Source: Halioglobus sp. (lineage in GTDB: Bacteria > Pseudomonadota > Gammaproteobacteria > Pseudomonadales > Halieaceae). From it: a DNA stretch of 64,000 bases. The position numbers were made by a program, and so were the translations under genes. The notes under the pieces are model-generated. The model was not told the DNA's origin. It did not search any database and saw only the letters and a program-made list of their open reading frames with translations. Positions 12,012 through 20,574 of this stretch are shown one piece after another (within the stretch, counting starts at the first letter, position 1; each line of letters begins with the position of its first letter). The DNA lies in the NCBI GenBank assembly GCA_020443325.1, contig JAGRIK010000356.1:39479-103478 (forward strand). The letters are read 5' to 3'.

Positions 12012-12362
12012 ATGTTCGATATAGGTTTTACTGAACTGCTCCTGATCGGCGTGGTAGCGCTGCTGGTGATCGGTCCCGAGCGCCTGCCGGAGACAATCCG
12101 TACTGCGGCCATGTGGCTGAAGCGTATCCGGCGGGGCTTCAACGAGATCAAACAGGAGGTGCAACAGGAACTCCACAACGACGCGATACTGCAGGACCTG
12201 CGCAAGACCGGCGAGCAGCTGAAGAACGAGGCCAACACCATCGGGCAGGATGTGCAGAAATCCACCGCTGCACTGAGTTCGCCAGCCCGGGATGCAAGTG
12301 GTTCAACTGCTGCCCATGAAACCCCGGCCACTCAAAGCCCAGCGGAAAAACCGGCTGAATGA
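12012..12362 (+). CDS. tatB: Twin-arginine translocase TatB
   Basis: [26 protein letters not shown]. Confidence 0.96.
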   Translation: MFDIGFTELLLIGVVALLVIGPERLPETIRTAAMWLKRIRRGFNEIKQEVQQELHNDAILQDLRKTGEQLKNEANTIGQDVQKSTAALSSPARDASGSTAAHETPATQSPAEKPAE

Positions 12363-13108
12363 ACGAACCAGAGTCGACAGACCAGCCGTTGCCGCTGATC
12401 GCACACCTGACTGAACTGCGTGACAAACTGCTGCGGGCCCTGCTGGCAGTACTGATCATTTTCATTTGCCTGTTCCCCTTTGCCAACGAGATTTACACCT
12501 TTATCTCAGAGCCGTTGCGGGCGCTCCTGCCGCCGGGCGCGAGCATGATTGCGACCGAGGTCGCCTCGCCGTTCTTTACGCCTTTCAAGTTGACACTCTG
12601 GGTCGCGGTTTTCCTGGCGATGCCGTATGTGCTGTACCAGGCGTGGAGTTTTATCGCGCCGGGTATGTACCGGCATGAAAAACGCCTGGCCGTTCCGCTC
12701 CTGGCGTCCAGCGTTCTGTTGTTCTACGCCGGAGCTTCATTCGCCTATTTCGTCGTCTTCCCGCTCATTTTCGGTTTTTTTACCAGCGTCGCGCCGGACG
12801 ACATCACCATCATGACGGACATCAACAGCTATCTGGACTTTGTCCTCAAACTGTTTTTCGCGTTCGGTTTAGCGTTTGAAATCCCGATAGCGGCGCTGCT
12901 GCTGATCTGGTCCGGCATCACTACACCAGCGGCGCTGGCCAGCAAGAGACCCTATATTATCGTGGGCTGCTTCGTGTTCGGGATGCTGCTGACGCCGCCG
13001 GATGTTATTTCCCAGTCGCTGCTGGCTATTCCGATGTGGCTGCTGTTTGAAGTCGGCGTCTATTTCGGTCGTGTGCTGCAGCGCTCCCCCCCGCCGGACG
13101 GAACCTAG
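12359..13108 (+). CDS. tatC: Twin-arginine translocase TatC
   Basis: [35 protein letters not shown]. Confidence 0.97.
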   Translation: MNEPESTDQPLPLIAHLTELRDKLLRALLAVLIIFICLFPFANEIYTFISEPLRALLPPGASMIATEVASPFFTPFKLTLWVAVFLAMPYVLYQAWSFIAPGMYRHEKRLAVPLLASSVLLFYAGASFAYFVVFPLIFGFFTSVAPDDITIMTDINSYLDFVLKLFFAFGLAFEIPIAALLLIWSGITTPAALASKRPYIIVGCFVFGMLLTPPDVISQSLLAIPMWLLFEVGVYFGRVLQRSPPPDGT

Positions 13109-13863
13109 CGTTTCGCCATCAGGCCACCATCGGCTACCAGCGTGATGCCGGTGGTGAACGATTCGGACGCCAGGTAAAAAACCGGATTGAGGATCTCCTC
13201 GGTTTCCGCGATGCGCGGAATCAGTGCCGCGGCTATCATGCCTTCGCCGTAGTGGGGCAGGGCGGCGATCGCGCTATCGGTCAGGTCCGAGTGATAGCTG
13301 CCCGGCGCCAATGCATTGACGCGAATATTCCACTCCGCCCACTCCTGCGCCATCACCTCGGTGAGGGCTTTCAATGCCGCCTTGGTGGCCGCGTAGATAC
13401 CCGAATAAGCGGGCGTGGTCAGGGCCGCGACAGAGAGCAAATTGATCACACAGCCGCCGCCATGTTCTGCCATGCGCGGCGCCAGCCGGGAGGCCAGGTA
13501 CCAGGGCCCCTTCAGGTTCACATCCACCATCTTGTCGAACGCGCCGGTGCCTATCTCGGACAACGGCCCGAGGGCGACGTTGGTGCCGGCATTGTTAACC
13601 AGGATATCGACGCGCCCAAAGCGCGCATAGGCCGCCTCAATAAGTGCATCGAGGTTCGCCATGTCACCCATGTGCGCCGCCTGCGCCAGTGCCTCGCCCC
13701 CCTCGGATTCAATCAGCCCGACGACCTCCTCGCACGACGCGATTTTGCGGCTGGCCACCACCACTTTCGCGCCCTCGCGGGCAAAGCCGATTGACATCGC
13801 GCGCCCGAGGCCGCGACTGCCTCCGGTCACGATGACCACCTTGTCCTTAAACCGCTCACTCAT
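13105..13863 (-). CDS. Short-chain dehydrogenase/reductase
   Basis: [17 protein letters not shown] catalytic motif, NALAPG. Confidence 0.93.
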   Translation of the reverse strand: MSERFKDKVVIVTGGSRGLGRAMSIGFAREGAKVVVASRKIASCEEVVGLIESEGGEALAQAAHMGDMANLDALIEAAYARFGRVDILVNNAGTNVALGPLSEIGTGAFDKMVDVNLKGPWYLASRLAPRMAEHGGGCVINLLSVAALTTPAYSGIYAATKAALKALTEVMAQEWAEWNIRVNALAPGSYHSDLTDSAIAALPHYGEGMIAAALIPRIAETEEILNPVFYLASESFTTGITLVADGGLMAKR

Positions 13864-13881
13864 TTTTCATCTCCTTTCGCG

Positions 13882-13927
13882 CTATCTACCCGATCTGCAC
13901 TATCTACCCGATCTGCACTATCTGCAC
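13882..13927. repeat. 18-bp tandem duplication plus partial third copy, just upstream of the SDR start
   Basis: CTATCTACCCGATCTGCA at 13882-13899 and 13900-13917, followed by CTATCTGCAC. Confidence 0.85.
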
Positions 13928-14094
13928 GATTAACGCAATACCATTCACAGCTATGAGCCATTACACTAGCACGATGCTGTTGCCCCGCCACGGAACCCCG
14001 ACATGAATCCCACCGTAGTTAAACCTGTTGAGCCACGGCGCGCTTCCTCGCCTCGCGCGCACGCCTGCGACTTCCGCCAGAGAGTAAACAACTG

Positions 14095-15879
14095 ATGTCC
14101 TCCCGTGCAAAACAGGGCCTGCCCGCGCTCATGCCGGTGCTGCGCCTGCTGAAGAACTATAAGCTGCGGCTTGTCGGTGCCAGTGTCGCGCTGTTGTTTA
14201 CCGCCGCCGCCACGCTCTCCATGGGGCGGGGCCTGCAGGTGTTGATCGACCAGGGCTTCGGCGGCGGCTCCAGCGCGGATCTCAAGAGCGCAATCGCGCT
14301 GCTGGTTACGATTGCGGCAGCCATGGCCTTCGGGACGTTTATCCGCTTCTACCTCGTCTCCTGGCTGGGGGAGCGGATCAGCGCCGACATTCGCAAGCAG
14401 GTATTCGACAATATTGTGCGGCTGCACCCGGGTTTCTTCGAACTCAATCGCAGCGGCGAGATCATGTCGCGCCTCACCACCGATACCACCCTGCTACAGA
14501 CCATTATCGGCTCGTCCTTCAGCATGGCGCTGCGCAGCAGCCTGACCACGAGCGGAGCACTGGTGCTGATGTTTATCACCAACCTGAAGCTGAGCCTGAT
14601 TATTGCGGTGGGCGTACCCCTCGTGCTGCTGCCGATACTGGTTTTCGGGCGGCGTGTGCGCAAACTGTCCAACCAGAGCCAGGACAGCATCGCCAGTGTC
14701 GGCAGCTACGCCGGTGAGGTCATCCAGCACATTCGCGTGGTGCAAAGTTATACGCGCGAGCAGTTTGAATCGGAGGCTTTCGACCGCGAAGTGGAGCGGG
14801 CCTTCGAGATCGCCCGCCGCCGTATCTGGCAGCGCTCACTGCTCATCTGCGGCGCGATCATGCTGTTGTTTGTCGGCATGTCCGGGATGTTGTGGGAGGG
14901 CGGGCAGGATGTCATCAGCGGTCGCATGAGTGGCGGCGAACTCGGCGCATTCGTGTTTTACGCAATCATGGTGGGCAGCGGTATCGCCACGATCTCGGAA
15001 GTCTGGGGCGACCTGCAACGCGCCGCGGGCGCCGCCGAGCGACTGGTGGAACTGATCAACACACGCAGTTTGATTGCGAACCCGGAAACAGCCGCCGCCA
15101 AGCCATCGAGTGCACGGCCGGAGCTGCACATCGACAATGTCTCGTTTTTCTACCCCACGCGACCCAAGCAAGCCGCGCTGGAAAATTTCTCGTTAAATAT
15201 AGAAGCCGGCAAGAGCCTGGCACTGGTGGGGCCGTCGGGCGCGGGAAAATCCACAGTCTTCGAACTGTTGCTGCGCTTCTACGACCCGCAGCAGGGCAAA
15301 CTCCTGCTGGACGACACCGATATTCGCGACATGGACCTGCAGCAGATGCGCGAACATATCGCGCTGGTGCCGCAGCAACCGGCCCTGTTCACCGGCGACG
15401 TGCGATACAACATCGCCTACGGCAAACTCGACGCCACCGATGACGAGATTATCGCCGCCGCCCGCGCCGCTCACGCGCACGACTTCATCTCGGCACTGCC
15501 CGAAGGCTATGCCAGTCACCTCGGTGAAATGGGCGTGCGCCTATCCGGCGGCCAGCGCCAGCGCATCGCACTCGCCAGGGCAATTCTGAACGATCCGAAG
15601 ATACTGTTACTCGACGAGGCGACCAGCGCGCTGGACACAGAGAGCGAGCACCAGGTGCAACTGGCATTGCAGGAACTGATGCGAAATCGCACCACAGTGA
15701 TAATCGCGCATCGCCTCTCCACCATCCTGCATGCCGATAAGATTGCGGTACTGGACGGCGGGCACCTGGTCGCCACCGGCACCCACCAGCAACTGCTGCG
15801 CGACTGCCCGCTTTACGCGCGACTGGCCAGCCTGCAGTTTCGAGAGCCCGAGGTCAGCGCCGCCGAGGTTGAGGTATAG
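14095..15879 (+). CDS. ABC exporter, fused permease/ATPase (MsbA-like superfamily)
   Basis: N-terminal TM domain, GPSGAGKS, LSGGQRQR, LLLDEATSALD, IAHRLST. Confidence 0.93.
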   Translation: MSSRAKQGLPALMPVLRLLKNYKLRLVGASVALLFTAAATLSMGRGLQVLIDQGFGGGSSADLKSAIALLVTIAAAMAFGTFIRFYLVSWLGERISADIRKQVFDNIVRLHPGFFELNRSGEIMSRLTTDTTLLQTIIGSSFSMALRSSLTTSGALVLMFITNLKLSLIIAVGVPLVLLPILVFGRRVRKLSNQSQDSIASVGSYAGEVIQHIRVVQSYTREQFESEAFDREVERAFEIARRRIWQRSLLICGAIMLLFVGMSGMLWEGGQDVISGRMSGGELGAFVFYAIMVGSGIATISEVWGDLQRAAGAAERLVELINTRSLIANPETAAAKPSSARPELHIDNVSFFYPTRPKQAALENFSLNIEAGKSLALVGPSGAGKSTVFELLLRFYDPQQGKLLLDDTDIRDMDLQQMREHIALVPQQPALFTGDVRYNIAYGKLDATDDEIIAAARAAHAHDFISALPEGYASHLGEMGVRLSGGQRQRIALARAILNDPKILLLDEATSALDTESEHQVQLALQELMRNRTTVIIAHRLSTILHADKIAVLDGGHLVATGTHQQLLRDCPLYARLASLQFREPEVSAAEVEV

Positions 15880-16210
15880 AGGGATAGCAGGGCAGCCGTA
15901 AACAGGCGGTTCTTAGCGCTGCGGGAACTCAACTGGTACATCGACGACGATGGCAGCTATGTTATCCAGGGCAGGCTGAGTCCCGAGCAGGGTGCGCGTA
16001 TTGCCCAGGCGCTCGACGGTGCAATGACAACAATCCACAAAGAGCAGCGCGAGGCGGCAGAAGACGTTTTAGCGGAAACGTGTTTGCGCTTTATACGGCG
16101 CACCAACGCGAACGGATAACCATCGACGCGGGGACGCTGGTGCCGTTGTAGTATGGCGAGCATATGGATGATGGAATGGCGGTGGAGGGGTTGGTCCGCG
16201 CTCGTGAGAA
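15880..16210 (+). pseudogene. Decayed, internally deleted DUF222/HNH-endonuclease-like gene remnant
   Basis: Manual translation without a start codon: ...LRELNWYIDDDGSYVIQGRLSPEQGARIAQALDGAM...EDVLAET, then a separate piece IDAGTLVPL*YGEHMDDGMAVEGL; these resemble (from memory) the middle and extreme C-terminus of DUF222-HNH proteins, with TAG where Trp is expected. Confidence 0.6.
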
Positions 16211-16383
16211 TCGTAGATCGCGCCGGCCGCTGATTTTGCATCCGTACGCGGTTAGGGATCACATCCTGCGCTAAATGGGAATCAAGCCCGGCCTACAATG
16301 CTGCCTCGGTTAGTTTGGGGAGTGACGAGCTCAAGCAACGTCGGTTTCCCGTGCGGGTTTGAGCCTCGTCCGGTAGTGTCCCC

Positions 16384-16689
16384 TCACGCCAACACTTCCA
16401 AGCCTTTTTCAGCTACCAGGTTAAGCAACTTCAGCGAAGGGCCATTGGGCTTTTTTTGGCCTTGTTCCCATTTCTGCACCGTCGATTTACTCGTGTTGAG
16501 ATAAACTGCAAACACACCCTGACTCGCCTTGTTCTGGGTGCGTATACGCTTGATCTGCGCTGCCGTCAATTCCTTCACCGGCGGCAGGCACAGTGCATCA
16601 AACTCGCGCAGTGTCACCTCTTTCATGGCACCCGCCGCGTGCAAGTTTTTGGCGCTGTCATGCACCACATCCAGTATCGACTTATCCAT
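16384..16689 (-). CDS. HTH antitoxin / XRE-family regulator (HigA-like)
   Basis: TLREFDALCLPP...IKRIR...SQGVFA-YLNTS-STVQKWEQG-KKP-GPSLKLL; overlaps the toxin gene by 8 bp. Confidence 0.9.
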   Translation of the reverse strand: MDKSILDVVHDSAKNLHAAGAMKEVTLREFDALCLPPVKELTAAQIKRIRTQNKASQGVFAVYLNTSKSTVQKWEQGQKKPNGPSLKLLNLVAEKGLEVLA

Positions 16690-17056
16690 CGTTCTCTACC
16701 TCAATTAACTCGCCATACTCAATGGCCTGCTTCAATACTTTGTCACTGTAACCCAGCAGTTCCTTCGCCAAGTACTTTAACGCTCGCAGCTCATCCGCAC
16801 TAATGTTGCCTCTAGCACTTTTAGCAAAGCCATACACGAAGAACGCTTTGTACCCCATCTGGTATACCAGCAAAGTGCGTACCCCACTGCTTTTGCCCCG
16901 ACCACCCAGCGCCACACGCTTCTTCATCACATGGCCGCCCAAGTCCGCATCGACAAGGCCGCGCTGAATCTCATCCACTGCGGCGTGCAGGGCCTTGTCC
17001 TCAAGGCCCTCCCTGGCAGCCCATTTACTGAACGCCTTGTTCTTGAATATCCGCAC
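16682..17056 (-). CDS. Type II toxin, RelE/ParE superfamily (HigB-like)
   Basis: RIFKNKAF-KWA...DADLGGHVMKKRVA...GKSSGVRT...FFVYGFAKS-R-NIS; located upstream of the antitoxin. Confidence 0.88.
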   Translation of the reverse strand: MRIFKNKAFSKWAAREGLEDKALHAAVDEIQRGLVDADLGGHVMKKRVALGGRGKSSGVRTLLVYQMGYKAFFVYGFAKSARGNISADELRALKYLAKELLGYSDKVLKQAIEYGELIEVENDG

Positions 17057-17083
17057 TCGCAGCCCTTCCTATGATTTTCCGAG

Positions 17084-17102
17084 TGTAGCACCAAGTGCTA
17101 TA
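17084..17102. promoter_or_regulatory. Palindromic operator upstream of the TA operon
   Basis: TAGCAC-CAA-GTGCTA (17086-17100), about 30 bp upstream of the toxin GTG start. Confidence 0.55.
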
Positions 17103-17331
17103 TATGAATAGCGCGAATGCAATCGCTGGAATAACGGTTAGGGCTCTGCGTAGAGGTCGGGAACTGTATATACAGATCCGCCCAATCACGTGGATGATGC
17201 TGATTCCGTAGGCTGATCGCTCAAACGCCACTACCACGGGTAGACTATTTTGCAAAGAAGCGCGATGCGGATGCGTGGCTGGACAATCGCGCTGAGCCGG
17301 TGATAGGACCGTATTCTTCAGTTCTCCGAAA

Positions 17332-18393
17332 TCACCGCGGAGCCGAATTCCGATCCATCAGGCGAATGCGGTCTTTCCGTTCCTGGTTGACGCGCGACAG
17401 GTCGTCCAGTGTCTCGCGGGAGATGCCCGCTACCTCGTTCAGCAGGCGGAAGGTGATGCGTGTGTTGTTGGCGAGACAGCGCATTGGCGCGGTGAGGGGG
17501 GCTTCGCGGAAATAGTTGAGGGAGTCCTTTACCGCAGCGCGCAGCGATTCTCCGGTGGTATCGCGCGCGGATTCCATCGCGATCGACACGACTTCCAGCG
17601 ATTCCATTACCGCCTCGATGCCCATCCACTCGACCATCGTGCCGCGCTCTACTGAACGGCGTAAGCTGCGTCGGAGCTTGCGGGTCATGTTGCGGAATTC
17701 GCGCTGCACCTGCGGGCCAAATACGGAGCTGCCGACGGCTGCGAGTTGATCATCCTCCGCCAGGTCGCGCCAGTCCTGAAGTGTCAGCGCCTCCTCAATA
17801 CGCGGAAAGACCACCTTCTCCTCAATATTCATATGCTCATAAATGTGTTCCACGTATTCCCGGCCGCTACTGACTACCACCCCTCCGGAGACCTCGCCAA
17901 GGCGCCAGCGCTCGATGTCCCGCAATACGCCGCGACCGCGTTTGGCGGTGTGGTCGTGATCGCGCTGCAGGGTATCCACATCGTCGGCCGCCATGGGGTT
18001 GACCTCGGCGACACGCGCGTAGATCAGGTCTTCACGCGGGTGGTGAAAGCGGTCGGGCCAGGTCACCATGTAGTGCATGATCTCGTACACCACGTGTGTG
18101 TCGACCAGTTCGCCGCCTTCGATCGCGGACAGCTGGTCCGTAAAGAGCTGCATCACCGTGCCCATATGGCGGTGTTCGGCGCGCAGCGCCTTCATGAGTG
18201 GCTGTTCCACACGTTTTCGATGCGCAGGCGCGGACTTGGTGACAGCAGTGTTGGTCCCGATGCTGGGTTTTGTTTTGGCTTTTACCTTGGCCTTGGCTTT
18301 CACTTTTGGCTTGGCTTTCGGCTTTGCCTTTGCTCTGGTTTTAGGCTTCGTTTTTGCCCTGGTTTTTGCCTTGGCGTCAGGTTTAGTAGCCAT
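17332..18393 (-). CDS. Hemerythrin (HHE) domain protein with Lys/Ala/Pro-rich N-terminal tail and helical C-terminal extension
   Basis: EHRHM, FHHPREDLIY, DHDH, EHMNIEEKVVFP metal-ligand motifs; ATG at 18393 follows a GGAGAG RBS-like sequence. Confidence 0.8.
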   Translation of the reverse strand: MATKPDAKAKTRAKTKPKTRAKAKPKAKPKVKAKAKVKAKTKPSIGTNTAVTKSAPAHRKRVEQPLMKALRAEHRHMGTVMQLFTDQLSAIEGGELVDTHVVYEIMHYMVTWPDRFHHPREDLIYARVAEVNPMAADDVDTLQRDHDHTAKRGRGVLRDIERWRLGEVSGGVVVSSGREYVEHIYEHMNIEEKVVFPRIEEALTLQDWRDLAEDDQLAAVGSSVFGPQVQREFRNMTRKLRRSLRRSVERGTMVEWMGIEAVMESLEVVSIAMESARDTTGESLRAAVKDSLNYFREAPLTAPMRCLANNTRITFRLLNEVAGISRETLDDLSRVNQERKDRIRLMDRNSAPR

Positions 18394-18487
18394 TCTCTGC
18401 TCTCCCGTACTCGTAATCTCTATTGTCATGTTTTCATTGTAGTCCGCGCTGCGCTGCGCAACATTGATCAGGCTCATGAAGAGGCTG

Positions 18488-18949
18488 TCAGGGTGCGGGC
18501 GCCTCTGGCAGCACCGCCGGCCCATAACCCTCAATGAACGCCTGCGGCAGCCGCCGCGGACGGCCGGTGCTCAGTTCGATGCACGCGAAGCGCATCGCGG
18601 CGCGCAGCAGGGTAACACCGTCACCCAGGCGAATAACCTGGAAGCGGCGCGCCATGGTCAGCTTTCGGTCCCACTCGACGATCCAGGTGGCCACGGCCAC
18701 CTCATCGCCCTCGCGCGAGGCCTGCAAATAGTGGAATTCACTGTAAGTAATGGCCATCGCCCGATCAAGTGCGCGGTACTGCGCCAGATCCAGGCCCAGC
18801 GCTACCGAGTGGCTCCAGGCGGCGCGCTGGCACCAGTCCACATACACGGCATTGTTGGTGTGGTTCAAGCCGTCGATATCATCCGCCTGCACCCGCGTCT
18901 GCAGAATGTGCGGTCGCGGGTGATCCCACACCAAGCACGGTTCGCTCAT
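18488..18949 (-). CDS. Acyl-CoA thioesterase (4HBT/YbgC hotdog family)
   Basis: DIDGLNHTNNAVY motif, C-terminal TGRPRRLP. Confidence 0.9.
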   Translation of the reverse strand: MSEPCLVWDHPRPHILQTRVQADDIDGLNHTNNAVYVDWCQRAAWSHSVALGLDLAQYRALDRAMAITYSEFHYLQASREGDEVAVATWIVEWDRKLTMARRFQVIRLGDGVTLLRAAMRFACIELSTGRPRRLPQAFIEGYGPAVLPEAPAP

Positions 18950-20424
18950 CGCGCCTCCTCAGTCGTGTCATCCGCTTCGGGCTCCAGGGGCTTCAGCGCA
19001 AAATGCATAAAGCCATAGAGGATCGCTACAAGCGGACACAGCAGGTTAAAAAACGCGAAGGGCGCGTAGCTGAAGGTCGCCACGCCGAGAGTGGCAGACA
19101 TATAGGCGCCGCAGGTATTCCAGGGAATCAGGGCGGATGTCAGCGTCCCGGAATCCTCCAGGGTGCGCGACAAGTTGAGCCGCGACAGTCCGAACCGCTC
19201 GTATTCATTGACGAACATGCGCCCCGGTAGTGCGACCGAGATGAACTGGTCCGCCGCGAGAATATTCGTACCCAGGCAGGTCATCACGGTCGCTGTAATC
19301 AGCGAACCCGCAGACTTCACACCCCTCAGGGTAAGTCCCAGCAGGTAGCGCAGAATGCCCGTGCGCTCAAGCACACCGCCCAGCCCCAGCGCGCAGAGAA
19401 TCAACCACACGGTATTGAGCATACTGCTCATCCCACCCTTGCTGAGCAACTCGTTCAGGAACGCGTTGTCACTGTGCGACGAGAAACCGCTGAACAGGCT
19501 GATCCACACACCTTTAAGCAACGCAAACCCGGCACCTGTCCCGGCTTCGTCGCCCGCCAGTTTATGCACTGCCTCGGGCTGGAACAGCAGCGCAAACACA
19601 ACACCAATCAGCGCACTGACCACGATGGAGGGATAGGCAGGTAATCGCTTGTAGACGAGTGTCAACATTACCAGTAGCGGCAACAACAGGTGCAAACCGA
19701 TATTAAATTCGCTGGCGAGTGCCTGCTGCAGTTCCGCAATTTCCTGCGGTGGTGCCGCATCGGCACTGCCCATAAACGCAAAGATGATCAGCGTCAGGGC
19801 GAAACTGGGAATCGTGGTCCACAGCATGTGCCGGATATGTGCGAACAAGTCGACGCCGGTGGCCGCTGATGCCAGATTGGTGGTGTCGGACATCGGGGAC
19901 AACTTGTCCCCGAAATACGCCCCGGAAACAATGGCGCCAGCGGTGATAGCCGGGGATAACTCGAAACTGGCGGAGATACCCATCAGGCCGATACCCAGTG
20001 TGCCAGCGACCGTCCACGAGCTGCCGATACTCAACGCGACGATCGCGCAGATCGCTGCGCTGGCCGCGTAAAAGATACCGGGGTTCAGCACTTCTACCCC
20101 GTAATAGATCATGGCCGGCACCGTGCCACACAAAATCCAGCTGCCGATCAGCATGCCTACCGCCAGCAGAATCAGGATCGGCGCCAGGCCGACGGCAATA
20201 CCATCGATAATCCCGTCCTGCGCCTGCGCCCATGAAACACCGGCGCGTCGTCCCACCAGCGCCGCGACGCAGGCAGTCAGCACCAGCGCAATCTGGTTGG
20301 CGCCGTAGGACGAGTCGGCACCGAACAGGTAGACGGAGCACGCCAGCAGCGTCACCAGAAAGACAATCGGGATCAACGCCAGGTGTAGGGTCATCGCCGA
20401 CGCCGGTTTCGCTGCAGGACTCAC
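18946..20424 (-). CDS. nhaC: Na+/H+ antiporter NhaC family transporter
   Basis: GSSWTVAGTLG, SGAYFGDKLSPMSDTTNL, HIRHMLWTT, SRTLEDSGT-LIPWN. Confidence 0.9.
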   Translation of the reverse strand: MSPAAKPASAMTLHLALIPIVFLVTLLACSVYLFGADSSYGANQIALVLTACVAALVGRRAGVSWAQAQDGIIDGIAVGLAPILILLAVGMLIGSWILCGTVPAMIYYGVEVLNPGIFYAASAAICAIVALSIGSSWTVAGTLGIGLMGISASFELSPAITAGAIVSGAYFGDKLSPMSDTTNLASAATGVDLFAHIRHMLWTTIPSFALTLIIFAFMGSADAAPPQEIAELQQALASEFNIGLHLLLPLLVMLTLVYKRLPAYPSIVVSALIGVVFALLFQPEAVHKLAGDEAGTGAGFALLKGVWISLFSGFSSHSDNAFLNELLSKGGMSSMLNTVWLILCALGLGGVLERTGILRYLLGLTLRGVKSAGSLITATVMTCLGTNILAADQFISVALPGRMFVNEYERFGLSRLNLSRTLEDSGTLTSALIPWNTCGAYMSATLGVATFSYAPFAFFNLLCPLVAILYGFMHFALKPLEPEADDTTEEAR

Positions 20425-20574
20425 GCTTTGTTGTTCTCCTTATCGCCGGTCACGCTCCGGTACTGTGCCTGAAAACCTGCACTGGCTGCGCTCGGGCCCG
20501 CCAGAATGCCCTAATTCCAGCGCCAGGTACAACATCTGACAAGCCCGTGATGATCACGTAGCATACAGCCTGCC

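Noticed and set aside
16249-17146. CGGTTAGGG(A/C)TC on both sides of the TA module as a possible target-site duplication
   Set aside because: A 9-bp exact match between two intergenic stretches of a few hundred bp is plausible by chance, and there are no terminal inverted repeats.
17164-17175. CTGTATATACAG palindrome resembling a LexA box
   Set aside because: Only 12 bp; the gammaproteobacterial SOS box is CTGT-N8-ACAG (16 bp).
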